A DNA stretch of 64,000 bases, taken from assembly GCF_030684315.1 (NCBI RefSeq), contig NC_081365.1:24616062-24680061 (forward strand), read 5' to 3'. The position numbers and the translations under genes were made by a program. How positions within the stretch are numbered: the first letter of the stretch is position 1; each line of letters begins with the position of its first letter. The notes under the pieces were generated by a model. That model was not told the origin of the DNA. It did no database searches and saw only the letters and a program-made list of their open reading frames with translations. Below, piece after piece: positions 37,720-49,349 of the stretch. The DNA is from Stegostoma tigrinum. Lineage: Eukaryota.

Positions 37720-38830
37720 GTAAGAATAAGGCGGTTTAGGGGATGCGGGGGGAGGGTTTACAATCAGCATAAACTTCAGCGGCGAATCATTCCTCCCGGT
37801 TTACAAACCAACACGGCTCCCGCCTTCTGGAAATCTGAGAAGTTTGAAAGATGAAATCAGCGGTGGGCTTTCCTTTCAGCGGCTCAGTGTGTGCGCGCAC
37901 AGCGCTCCAGCGGCTGAAACACTCCACTCCCCAGCACCCGCCCCCCCCCCCCCCCGCCTCCAAACCCAAATCCTACCAGAACATTACAGCGCCGCATCTG
38001 TTCCTGTAGCAATCGGGGAGCGGGGGGGTGGGACGTCTTTTTTTCTCTCTTAAATCCCCCCGGGGAGGTGGTCAGCACCAGTCAATAATTGCTGACATGG
38101 AACGGAGGCCCGAATAGGCTAAAGGGAGGGGAGAGAAGGATATCTGGAGGTGCACGAGAAAATATGCAAAAAGTAATAATGCAAAAAGTTGCAGTCAGGT
38201 TGATTGAATGGAAAGTTCAAACTGCCCCGGCTCACAGGAAATACTCCAGCGCTGACGGACTGAAGATCTGCGCTTGACATGAGCCGAGAAACAACCGCCT
38301 CGGATGTAAACATTGTGGGAAAACAAAACAAAGAAAGAGAGGAATTTGGTGGACGGAATAACATCTTTTTTTTGCCTGTGTGTTCGCTTTGTTCAATGAC
38401 TGGAGTGGAAAGTAACTGGGAAGTTGGTTCCAAGGCTGCACTGTTGATTGCAATGCTGCATTAGTGAGTGGCCGGAGGGAGCCGGAGTGGGTCTGTCAGT
38501 ACCGTCCTCCCGGGAGAGGCACCCTCTGCCCATCAGCAGCCCGGAGCAATGCCAGCCCCTGCCGGGGACAGCTTGGACAATCCCGCCCTGGGAGATCTGC
38601 ACATTTCCACCTCGGACCTTCACCTTCCCCTTCCCGTCGCCCGCGTTTCCCGAGAGGCGATCCGGAATTTCCACCACACCAAGCGGGTTGGAAGTTACCT
38701 GATTGGGAGGAAGTTAGGAGAGGGATCTTTCGCCAAAGTTAGGGAAGGGTTGCACGTCCTGACCGGGGAAAGGGTAAGTTTTCCCCCCGCGGCTCGCTTC
38801 TGCTTTTGAATTTTACGTTCACGTGGATCC
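37720..38830 (+). promoter_or_regulatory. CpG island / promoter and 5' UTR region of HUNK
   Basis: Local rise in GC and CpG against a CpG-poor background. GC-box-like tracts at ~37936-37960 and ~38015-38035. Spans coding exon 1. The TSS cannot be determined from sequence. Confidence 0.7.
38549..38773 (+). CDS. HUNK: HUNK kinase, coding exon 1 (MPAPAGD...KRVGSYLIGRKLGEGSFAKVREGLHVLTGER)
   Basis: ATG at 38549 in context GCAATGC. Contains the kinase Gly-rich loop LGEGSFAKV and closely resembles the vertebrate HUNK N-terminus as I recall it. Donor AGG|GTAAGT at 38773/38774, phase 0. Confidence 0.93.
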
Positions 38831-39287
38831 TTGCGTGTCAATTGGCTGTAGCGTTTGTATGTCCCAAGACAAAAGTGTGTTGTGAATACTTTCACACGTA
38901 CAGGCAAGATCGCTGCAAACTCCGGTGTTTTCAGTTGCAATGACAATTGATGGTGCCTTTCAATAATCCCCACTCCCCGTTCCACATTGCGTTGGAAATA
39001 CATATTCGGCATCTAGGTGGAAGGCGGTAAATTCAATATTTCTGGTGGATACCACTAGTCAGAAGTCTCCTAATCTCTAATAGACACCGTTGGACCAAAG
39101 TTAATGTGAACTTGTGATGGATGCAGGTCAGAGGCTTGTTTCCATTCCAGGAAGAACTGCTCTCAGCAGGCCTTCCCCTTTGAGTTACACATTTGGCCAG
39201 CAGTCCATCAAATCGTGGAGACCCTTGGTCACTGTGTTAACCTGTGATGGTTGCTATAGAGAGCCCCTCTGTCGAAGGTGGGGTGAT

Positions 39288-39603
39288 CATAGAATCCCCA
39301 CAGTGTGGAAATAGGCCCTTTAGCCCAATAAATCCACACCGACCCCTGGAGCATCCCATCCCACCCACTCCCCCCCCATAACCCCCTAATCTACACACCC
39401 CTGAACACTATGGGCAATTTAGCATGGCCAGTCCACCTATCCTGCACATCTTTGAACTGTGGGAAGAAACGGGGAGCACAGAGGAAACCCAACTAGACAC
39501 GGGGAGAATGTGCAAACTCCACACTGACAGTCGCCTGAGAATGGAATATAACCCAGGTTCCTGGTACTCTGAGGCAACAGTGCTAACCGCAGAGCCACCA
39601 TGC
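39288..39603 (-). mobile_element. HE1-like SINE in HUNK intron 1
   Basis: Reverse complement of the 9447-type SINE, with tail gggattctatg. Confidence 0.85.
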
Positions 39604-42204
39604 TACTCTCAAATAATCTATGAAGAGAATCCATATCTGAAGCTGTGATTGAGACGCCATGGTCAGAGAGGTGTGGTTAATTGTGATTTCTATCATTGTT
39701 CAGAATGTGTTAACATCTGACAGAACCCTTGGCCAGGAGTGTGTTAGCTTATTCCTTTAGCATTTGAGTTAATGTGCTTTCAGTGACAACACATTTCCAA
39801 CATTTATTTTTAATTTCAAATCTCCCACTTCCCAAATCCCTGCTGACCTCATAAAGGTCTGATTGATGAATTTTGCTATTCTCACAGCAGTTTGGCAGCA
39901 CAAAGTGCTGAGATAATGTACTTCACTACATCCTTCTGGCCTGATGATACTACATCCTGACTCCCGAGGGTACGACCCACCGTTGCGCTAAAAGCCATCA
40001 TATCTTGTCCAGTGGGTCGTCAATGTAATACTGAGCTTGCATTTCGAGAAAATTTTCAGGTTTGTACCTGCTTTCTGTTGAAAGGAAAATGCTATTTGTG
40101 GGACTGGACTTTAAAATCTCCCCATCTTTAAGGCAAAACCAGTTTAAATAAAACAGATAGAGAAATTAAATCGAAAATGCTGCAAATACTCAGCTCATCA
40201 GGTAGCATCTGTGAAAAGAGAAATTAACTTAACATTTCAAGTCAGTGACTTTTGATCAGGAAAATGTTGAGCTTGAATGACAATTAACAATCAGTACAAA
40301 TATTGATTCCACCCATGACTGCAGCCGTGGTACCCAATTTCCATTATCCTATCTTCATGTAATTAACACTAAGAGATGATTGAAACGCTAATAGATTGGA
40401 TAAAATTAACTAAACTGAAAGGGCAGCTGACACTGTTTGAATAAGCTTTCTGTCAATTTTTTTAGCAGGGCCTGCACTGAATGAAATTCAAAAACAATTT
40501 TTGTGAGTTTCTATTCCAATACGTGCTGATTGCACACTCATCTTCCTTTATGAATTCTGTTTGTTTTAACTTATAACAAAGAATACCAATGATTATTTGG
40601 GCTGCACAGACCCTTTTTTACAAATCCAGTTAATTCAATGCCATTTCATCTTGTCCTTTCATTTGGGGCATATAAAATTCTGTATAATTTTAGTTGAAGT
40701 CTAGACTAGCGAGAGTTGTAATAACAGTGGTGAATTCAAAATATTCATTTTGTGCAAATTCCAAAGATTTGTTCAGTTTAAACTAAAAACCTCTACTCAG
40801 CTAACATCACCCTGATTACCCTGGTGATCTTCAAAAGACTTTTTAGTCAGCTTGGTGCTGGAATGGGAGTGTCAAATCAATGTTGGAAGTAATCCCTGCA
40901 GTCTAAGTGCATGTCTCTAAAGTAGCAGACTACAAGTATTCTGTAGAATGCACAATCACAAGACCATAAAATGGTCTAATCTCATGCTTCTGCTGAAGGA
41001 GGATAGCACAGGATACAATTGATTGTAGCGGAAAGAAAATGGATAGGGATACTTATCCATTAAAATAGAAAACATGCAGTAGCTTTTGTTTCAGTCAATT
41101 TTTAGAATTCATTGAGGGAATGTGGGCATCATTTATTGTCCTTCCCTAGTTGCCCTTAGAAGGTGGTAATGAACTGCCTTTTGCAACTGTTGCAGTCACT
41201 TGGTGTATGTGCACCTACAATGCTGTTAAGGGTGCGCATCAACGACTTTAATGTAGCAACAGTGAAGGAACAATATATTTCCATGTAAGGTTGCTAGTAT
41301 CTCGAATGAGAACTTGCAGGTGGAAGGTGCTGCCAAAGGTATTTTGGTGAAATTCTGCAGTGCATCTGGTAGATGATACACTGTGTTGCTACTAAGCATC
41401 AGTGATGGGGGAAATGAATGTTTGAGGATGTGATGCCAATGAGCAGGCTGCATTTTCCTCGATGATGCCAAACTCTTTGAATGTGGTTGGAGCTGCATTC
41501 ATTTAGGCAAGTGGGAAAATAGTATCACACCCCTGACCTGAGTGTTATTGGTGATGAGCAGGCTTTGGGGAGTTAGGACATGAGTTACTCATGGCAGGTA
41601 TCCTAGACTCTGACTTGGTCTTGTTTCAAAAATATTTATATGACAAGTCAGTTCAGTTTCTGGCTAATGAATGGAGCTTGATGAAGACTCGCCATTGCTG
41701 TTCCTCCTCCCCCTCCCAATCTTCTGCAAAAATCACTTGTGATGAATTAATCACCAGATGAATTCCTGTTTTACCTGTCACACTGACATGTGAGTATCAG
41801 AGTTAGTGTATGGCCCTAATGAGCTGTGAGACAGTACATGGTCAGAGTGAGTGACTTCCTTTGAGGAATAGATGTTATCCTCTAGCATCATCCTTTGTCA
41901 GACACTTGTGAGAGGGCCAAGACATGAATTAGATCTGTCAAGGTAAGAAGAAGCTTGTTTTAATAATATTTCCCTCTTTGCTAGCATCATGTCAACATGA
42001 GTGAGAGCTGGATGCCATGTGGTGGTGTAATATTTAGTTCTGTTTACTTGTCGCCAAGAGTCCTCATGACCCCAGTTCCAGTGACTAAGCACATCACAAT
42101 CTGCTGACATCCAAGACCTTCTTTGTGGTTGTCAGTTGGATGATTGATGTAGGATCATCTGTGAATCTTCCTGACATCCTGATAAAGGAGATCAAGAAAC
42201 TATA

Positions 42205-43284
42205 TCAGAGATAATGGGAACTGCAGATGCTGGGGAATCCAAGATAATAAAGTGTGAATCTGGATGAACACAGCAGGCCAAGCAGCATCTCAGGAGCACA
42301 AAAGCTGACGTTTCGGGCCTAGACACTTCATCAGAGAGGGGGATGGGGTGAGGGTTCTGGAATAAATAGGGAGAGAGGGGGAGGTGGACCGAAGATGGAG
42401 AGAAAAGAAGATAGGTGGAGAGGAGAGTATAGGTGGGGAGGTAGGGAGGGGATAGGTCAGTCCAGGGAAAACGGACAGGTCAAGGAGGTGGGATGAGGTT
42501 AGTAGGTAGAAGATGCAGGTGCGGCTTGGGGTGGGAGGAAGGGATGGGTGAGAGGAAGAACAGGTTAGGGAGGCAGAGACAGGTTGGACTGGTTTTGGGA
42601 TGTAGTGGGTGGAGGGGAAGAGCTGGGCTGGTTGTGTGGGGAGGGGACGAACTGGGCTGGTTTTGGGATGCAGTGGGGGAAGGGGAGATTTTGAAGCTGG
42701 TGAAGTCCACATTGATACCATTGGGCTGCAGGGTTCCCAAGCGGAATATGACTTGCTGTAACAGCAACTCATATTCCGCTTGGGAACCCTGCAGCCCAAT
42801 GGTATCAATGTGGACTTCACAAGCTTCAAAATCTCCCCTTCCCCCACCGCATCCCAAAACCAGCCCAGTTCGTCCCCTCCCCCCACTGCACCACATAACC
42901 AGCCCAGCTCTTCCCCTCCACCCACTGCATCCCAAAACCAGTTTAGCCTGTCTCTGCCTCCCTAACCTGTTCTTCCTCTCACCCATCCCTTCCTCCCACC
43001 CCAAGCCGCACCTCCATCTCCTACCTACTAACCTCATCCCACCTCCTTGACCTGTCCGTCTTCCCTGGACCGACCTATCCCCTCCCTACCTCCCCACCTA
43101 TACTCTCCTGTCCACCTATCTTCTTCTCTCTCCATCTTCGGTCCGCCTCGCCCTCTCTCCCTATTTATTCCAGAACCCTCACCCCATCCCCCTCTCTGAT
43201 GAAGGGACTAGGCCCGAAACGTCAGCTTTTGTGGTCCTGAGATGCTGCTTGGCCTGCTGTGTTCATCCAGATTCACACTTTATT
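42205..43284. mobile_element. PLE family A 1.1-kb tail-out palindrome in HUNK intron 1
   Basis: Arms meet at ttgctgt|aacagcaa (~42759/42760) with essentially no spacer. 14-bp TSD ATCAAGAAACTATA at 42191-42204 and 43285-43298. Confidence 0.93.
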
Positions 43285-43298
43285 ATCAAGAAACTATA

Positions 43299-44450
43299 GG
43301 TCAGTTTGTTTAATCTCTGTCATTGGAAAATGCTGGGATCTGTTATTAAGGAAGTACGAGATGGAAATTTCAAAAATAGTAATATAATCAAGCAGAGTCA
43401 AAATAGTTTTATGAAAGGGAATTCATATTTTACCAACGTCTTTTGAGGATGTAACAAGCAGCATGTGATACCAGTGGATGTATTGTCCAGTAGAGGTAGT
43501 TTGTTCACTTCGGCAGGAAGACGAGTAAATTAGGATATTGTTTGAATGGAGAGAAACTGTAAAATGCTGGATTCAAAGGGATCTGAGTGCTCCATACATG
43601 ATTTTCCTTCTGACAGCCTAAGGTCCACTTGTTCTTTTGAGTGGGAGAATCTTTAACCTCTTTGATTTCCTTTGCAGAGAATGTCTTCTCTGTTGAAGCA
43701 GGCTATCTCTTCTTTAAGGAATCTTGAATTGTTGGATTTTGGTCATCCCTTTCCAGTGGTTGCTCGTAGATTTATGCTGAAGGGCGTAAAGTGTTTGCTT
43801 TGGTATGTTGATTGAAACACAACGCAGGTACAACAAACAATTCAGGATTAAATGGAATGATGGCCTTTCTAGCAAGGGGGATGGAATATAATAGTAAGGA
43901 CATCTTCCTACACTGTATAGGTAGTTGGTGAGTTTGTATCTGGAATATTTCACACTTTTTGTTTAGGGAGGGATGTTCTTGTACTGAAGGCAATTCAGAG
44001 AATGTTCACTGTATTAATTCCAAGGATGAAGCAGTTGTCTGGTTTAATTTATACAGAAGAATGGGAGGTGATCTTATTAACATATAACTTATGAACATTA
44101 ACATCTTATATATTAAGAGCTTGACAGGGTAGATACTGAGAAGATATTTCCTTTCATGTGGGAAACTAGAACAAGGGAGCAAAACAAGGCGTCTTTCATT
44201 TAAGACTGAGATGAGGAAAAATTTCTTCTCTTAGTAAGTCTTTAATCTTTGGAACTGTTTTTCATAAGGAACAGCAGAAATGGGATCATTGAATATATTC
44301 ATGCCTGAGTTAGACAGATTTTTGATCGACAAGGGAGTCAAGGGTTCTAGGGACAGGCAGAAAGTGGAACTCAAGGCATAATCATATAGAGCAAGAGGCC
44401 AGATGGTCTACTGCTTTTCCTATTTCTTTTGTTCTTATTTCCTTATGAAA
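43299..44450 (+). mobile_element. Old CR1 LINE relic (host of the 42205 palindrome), internally deleted
   Basis: Decayed NYR.VCL.S..GKML, SQ..FMKG and QRMFT.LIP.MK motifs, plus a CR1 3' UTR. Confidence 0.65.
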
Positions 44451-44699
44451 ATAATGGGATGCATTGAATGAAAGATGAAAAGCATTGAAGATGGTTGTGA
44501 GGGGGAAACGTAACTGGTTAAAGATCAGGCTGAGATTCAGTGATGGTTGGATAGATAGGATGTGAGGAAGTGCACAGAGTTCAGTGTTGAATCTGGGGGT
44601 CAGGACTTCTGGAGTTGGCAAGAAAAACCGGAGGTGAAGGGTTCGGCGTGATACAGATATCAAGATATAGCTGAATAGGTCACTGTTCTCACTTCTGTG

Positions 44700-47400
44700 C
44701 TCTGATTAATCATTAGACCACTCTTGGCATTGAATCCAATAGTGTGACAACACTCTTCTGCTGTTGACCAACCTTCAACGATCACTTACTTGGTTTCACT
44801 TACAAGTTTCAGTCATTTATCAGTCAAGAACATTTCCCTAAGACCACCAGTTTGTTTGTCCAAAGTAGTGTGTTCAAACATGCAAATTACATTTTAAAAT
44901 TACTCATGGCTCTGTACTTCTAAGGTTGATTGAATTGCTGCACCTTTAAAATTCACTCAGAGTACTACTTTTTCAAAGTTGGCACACTCTCCTTTGAACA
45001 CATGTTTGTATGGGTTTGTTGCACACTCACTCAAGATATAATTTGATGCATGTTGGCAACTAGATACAGGTTATCTGTGTCGCATAGATATTATTAGCGA
45101 GACTTTGAAAACTTAAAGTTATTCTTTTGTGACCCTGAGCTGTTCTGAGAACAATTCTGTATGACACCATTGTAGCGTGGTAGTTGTTACAATCTTCAGT
45201 ATTAATGCCTTCAGACATACACAACTCTCACCAGGTTGTTTTGTCTATTACTGATATTGTACAGTAGTGTAAATAATTACATTTACTACTACTCCATCTG
45301 CCACAAGTTTTGGAATTTACAAATTAAGGAGATTTGGCTCTTCTCCCAGATTCATGCAGGATGGTGCCAACACCTGAGGACTCCGTGCAAGCTCCTACAG
45401 CAGATCTAACTCTAACATTTCCTCTAACTGTTCTACAGTTTTAAACTTTAAACTTATATCCTCAGATCAGAAAACTGGTAGCTTTGCTATGTGAAGGACT
45501 GTTGTTTTTGATTTTCCTCTTGACAGTCTGAAGCCTGTTAGTCCGTTTAAACTGGAGTGGCTTTAATCCCTTTGATTTCCTTTGCAGAGTTTGTCTTCTC
45601 TCTGAAGCAGGCTATCCCTTCTTTGAAGTGTCTTCAATAGTTGGACATTGGTCATCCCCCTTTCATTGGTGGCTTTCATAGAGTTACACGCACCACATCT
45701 GTTTCAGCTGATTTTTATTCTAAAGCTATCCATAGGTTTATGCTGAAGGATGTAAAGTGTTTCATTCAGAATGTTGATTGGTTTGGACTCTCTCATTTAC
45801 CAATATTATTAATGAAACCAACATATTCACTTCCTGAGTTCTGCTATCTGGGGATTGCTTTTGACTTGTAATGGACCATTCTGCCTAAACTTGCCTCTTC
45901 TGAGTCACCTCAGCATCTAAGCTCAGACTTGAACCTGCCACAACTATTCATTCAGCAAGTTGGTTTGAATTCCAAGTTATAGATTTGTTAATTAGCTCAA
46001 ATCAGGAAAGCTTTGATTGGCTGTCTCTTTTGTTGACTTTCCTCGCAAACCTTGCTCGTTCTTGTAGTCTGAATACTCTTTGGTATTTATGGCAGTAGAA
46101 AATACTTGTGCCAACCCAGTTTAGTCATAGGTTCCCATCTTGTTACCAAATGAAATAAACTTCTTATATCCACATAACCTAATCTGTTTTTCATTTAGGG
46201 ACCATCATGAATTTGGGGACCCCTATGAGATCCTCAATCAGCTATCTTCTGGCTGGTTGTTTGATGACCAGTAGCTCCATAACTTGGAATTCTTTTAACT
46301 TTTTCCACCATCTGAAGAAGACTGAGGTCAAGACATGACTTCTAACACAAGAGTGAGAATTCACGATCATGAAGTAGGCATACGCTTACTACTGTTTGGC
46401 ATCCCCTATATTGGAGGATTGCTTGCAGCATATCTTATTCAATATAGTTGCACTGTTTGCCATTGTAGATAGCATTTAACTATCATATAATATAGGGACA
46501 CATGCCCTCCATCCCAATCTAATGTCTGACTTACAATTGACATATATATCAGCTTGCCAAAATTTAAGATCTGGATCACCTGTTTCCTCAAGGAACAATT
46601 TAGTTCTTTGTTCTGTCACAGACTGTTCTCCATCATTAACCTCTCCTGTGTCAGTCATTTTTTTTTCTAGCTTCTCTGAAACAATGTTCCACTTCTGCAT
46701 TGTTTTTAAAGTAACCTATCATCTGACAGATAAAGCATTCACTTTTATTAACTGGGCACTATCTATGCTTTTGAGTTTTCTTTGCTCCACATTTTACTGC
46801 CTGGTGCCTGTCTTACTTGCTGTGCTGATTTCCCATGCATGTTGTGTGTAGTTTTGTACTTTAAGAATTAAATGGACTTAACTAATCTCCAAAATTAATC
46901 TTCTTCTCGCAGGATTGATCTGTGTTGTTTTTGGAATTCAGCTTCACATCATCTGAATGGCTTTCTATGGAGTCAGGTCTTCTTTTGACTGCAATAAATT
47001 TGACAAAGATTCATCAGCAATTCCCACAACAATTTTTTTTCTCTTATGAATTCTGATTGGAAGTCACATTTCTCTGTGAATCTATACAAGTCATAATTAA
47101 ATCTTCTTTGGAGTCCCCGGATACTGAATTTACCTACTAAATCTTCATCTATCAAGATTTTTATTACATAGTACATAGAACAGTACAGCACAACGCAGCA
47201 CAGCCCTTCAACCCACTTTTACCCTAATCCTAAAGTCTATCTAATCTCTACCCCTACCTTATACTATCATCCATATGCCTACCTAATAAAATATTAGTCT
47301 GAGGCTTAATTGTCAAAGGCTTTCAGTACCTCTTCATAAGTATTTATTGCTACCTTTACCCTTTGGAAAACTATAACATCATCAGCCATATTCCAAATTG
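44700..47400 (-). mobile_element. Decayed Gypsy-like internal relic
   Basis: Minus strand near 47300-47400 reads MADDVI...TYEEVLKAFDN, similar to the gag-like frame at 9219-9455. Extent is uncertain. Confidence 0.35.
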
Positions 47401-47419
47401 TGTGTTGAAGCATGTTTGG

Positions 47420-48870
47420 TCATAAAGTTTTACAGCGTGGAGAGAGGCCCTTCAGTCCATCATGTACCTAACTTTTGTGATGGTTCCAGCTTCTTTACCT
47501 TTCAGTCGGTGAGTTCCAGATAGCCCCTCCCTATGGCTGAGAATAAATCTCCTCAAATTTCCTTCATGCCTGTTACCTTAAATCTATGTGCCTTGGTTAT
47601 TAATTCTGCTATTAAGGGGAAACGTTTTGTCTTATATATCCTATCTATGCTCCTCATAATTTTGCACACCTCACACAGGTTACCTGTCAGCTTTGTCTGC
47701 TCTAGTCTCTCTTTGTAGCCAAAACACTGCATCCTGGATGACATTTCACTGAATTTCCTCTGCGCCCTTTCTAGTGCAATGACATTCTTCTTCTAGCAAT
47801 GTGACCAGACCTGCGTATCGTACTTCATCATGATCTAACTAAAGTTTTATGCAACTCCATCCAAACTTTCACGCTCTTGAATTCAATACCTTGAGTAGTA
47901 AAGACAAGTATCCCATGTACCTTTATAGCCGCCTTATTGCTCTGTCCTGCTGCCTTCAAGGATCGAAGGACATGTAAACCAAGGTCTTTCTGGTCACTCT
48001 ACTTACTGGGGTCCTACCACACATCAGGTATCCTTTTACATTGTTTTTCCTCAAAAAATGCATCATCTTACACTTTCCAGATTAAATTCCATTTGTCACT
48101 ATTCTGCCCAATTTACGAACCACCTATTCAATTCTCTCGTCTGAGACTTTGCCCTTCACTACTTAACACACCACCATTTTGAAGATTATCTGCATTGGTA
48201 CTGAATTTACCTCCTCTATTCATGTCTAATCATCACTGTATGCTCAACCCAGCAAGGGATCCAGCACTGAATCCTGCGGTATTGCCAGTGGACACAGGCA
48301 CCCAGTCACAAAAGCAGCATTCAACATCACCATCTTCCACAAAACCAATTTTGGATTAATTTATCAAGTTGATTTGGATCCCATGGGCTCTTCCCTCTGG
48401 ACCAAGTGAGACTTTGTCAAAAGTCTTACTGAGATCTATGTAGACAATGTCAACTGCACTCTTTGAAAACTTCAATCAAATTTGTTTACTGTGATCTCCC
48501 CAACTAATCATTCTGTAAGTGGAGATTAATTCTTTCCCTTAGATTTCTTTACAGTAGTTTCCCCACCACTGATGTTAGACTCTTCGTCCTATAGTTTCCT
48601 GATTTATCCCCACCAGCTTTTTTGAATAATAGTACCTCCATTCCTGCGAAGAGTGAGGATTTGAAAATTAATATAAGAGTCTCTGTCATCTCCTCCCTTG
48701 TATCCCACCATGGCCGGGATACACCTCGTTTGGGTTTGGGGATTTATTCACTTTTAAGCCTGCTAAAACCATTAATAGGGCCTCTGTCTGGATGCTGTCT
48801 TGTTCAAATAAGCGCAGTACCTCACCCTGATTTTGAAACCTACATCATTCTTCTCAATTCTGAATACAGA
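47420..48870 (-). mobile_element. Old CR1 LINE relic
   Basis: Minus-strand remnants of YR..SLTSVVGKLL, VYIDLSKTFDKVS and GNL.EVCKIMRSIDR. Confidence 0.7.
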
Positions 48871-49349
48871 TTGAAAGTAATGCAAAGTGACTATTGGTGA
48901 ATGAACCCATGCTTTAGTAAGACGCTGTTGGCCCTCCCACAAGTGTGTAGACTTGGAATGTTAGAGCCCCATTCTGAAAGTTCCTTCTTTTGTCCTCCCA
49001 TATTGGGAATTCATCAAAATGTGGATGTTGTAATGTCTCTTCAAATTGAAGCTTGAATGGGCTCATGTAGGTGTAATCATGCCTGCACAACATAGCTCAT
49101 TGAAAAATAACTAAGCCATGAAAATTCAACTTAGCTGTTCTGAAGAAAGGTCACTGAACCCGAAATGTTAACTCTGATTTTTGTCCACAGATGCTGCCAG
49201 ATCTGCTAAGTTTTTCCAGCAATTTATGTTAAATGTGGGACTCTCTTGGAGTTAGATTCTAACTTATTTTCAAATTAAGACATGATGAGATAAACCAAAG
49301 CCATTTGATAGCAGCACACATTCATTTACATTCTTAGTGAGCATAGAAT

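Noticed and set aside
38468-38548. N-terminal extension of HUNK from the GTG at 38468 in the ORF track
   Set aside because: Non-ATG start directly after a stop codon. Similarity to HUNK begins at the ATG at 38549.
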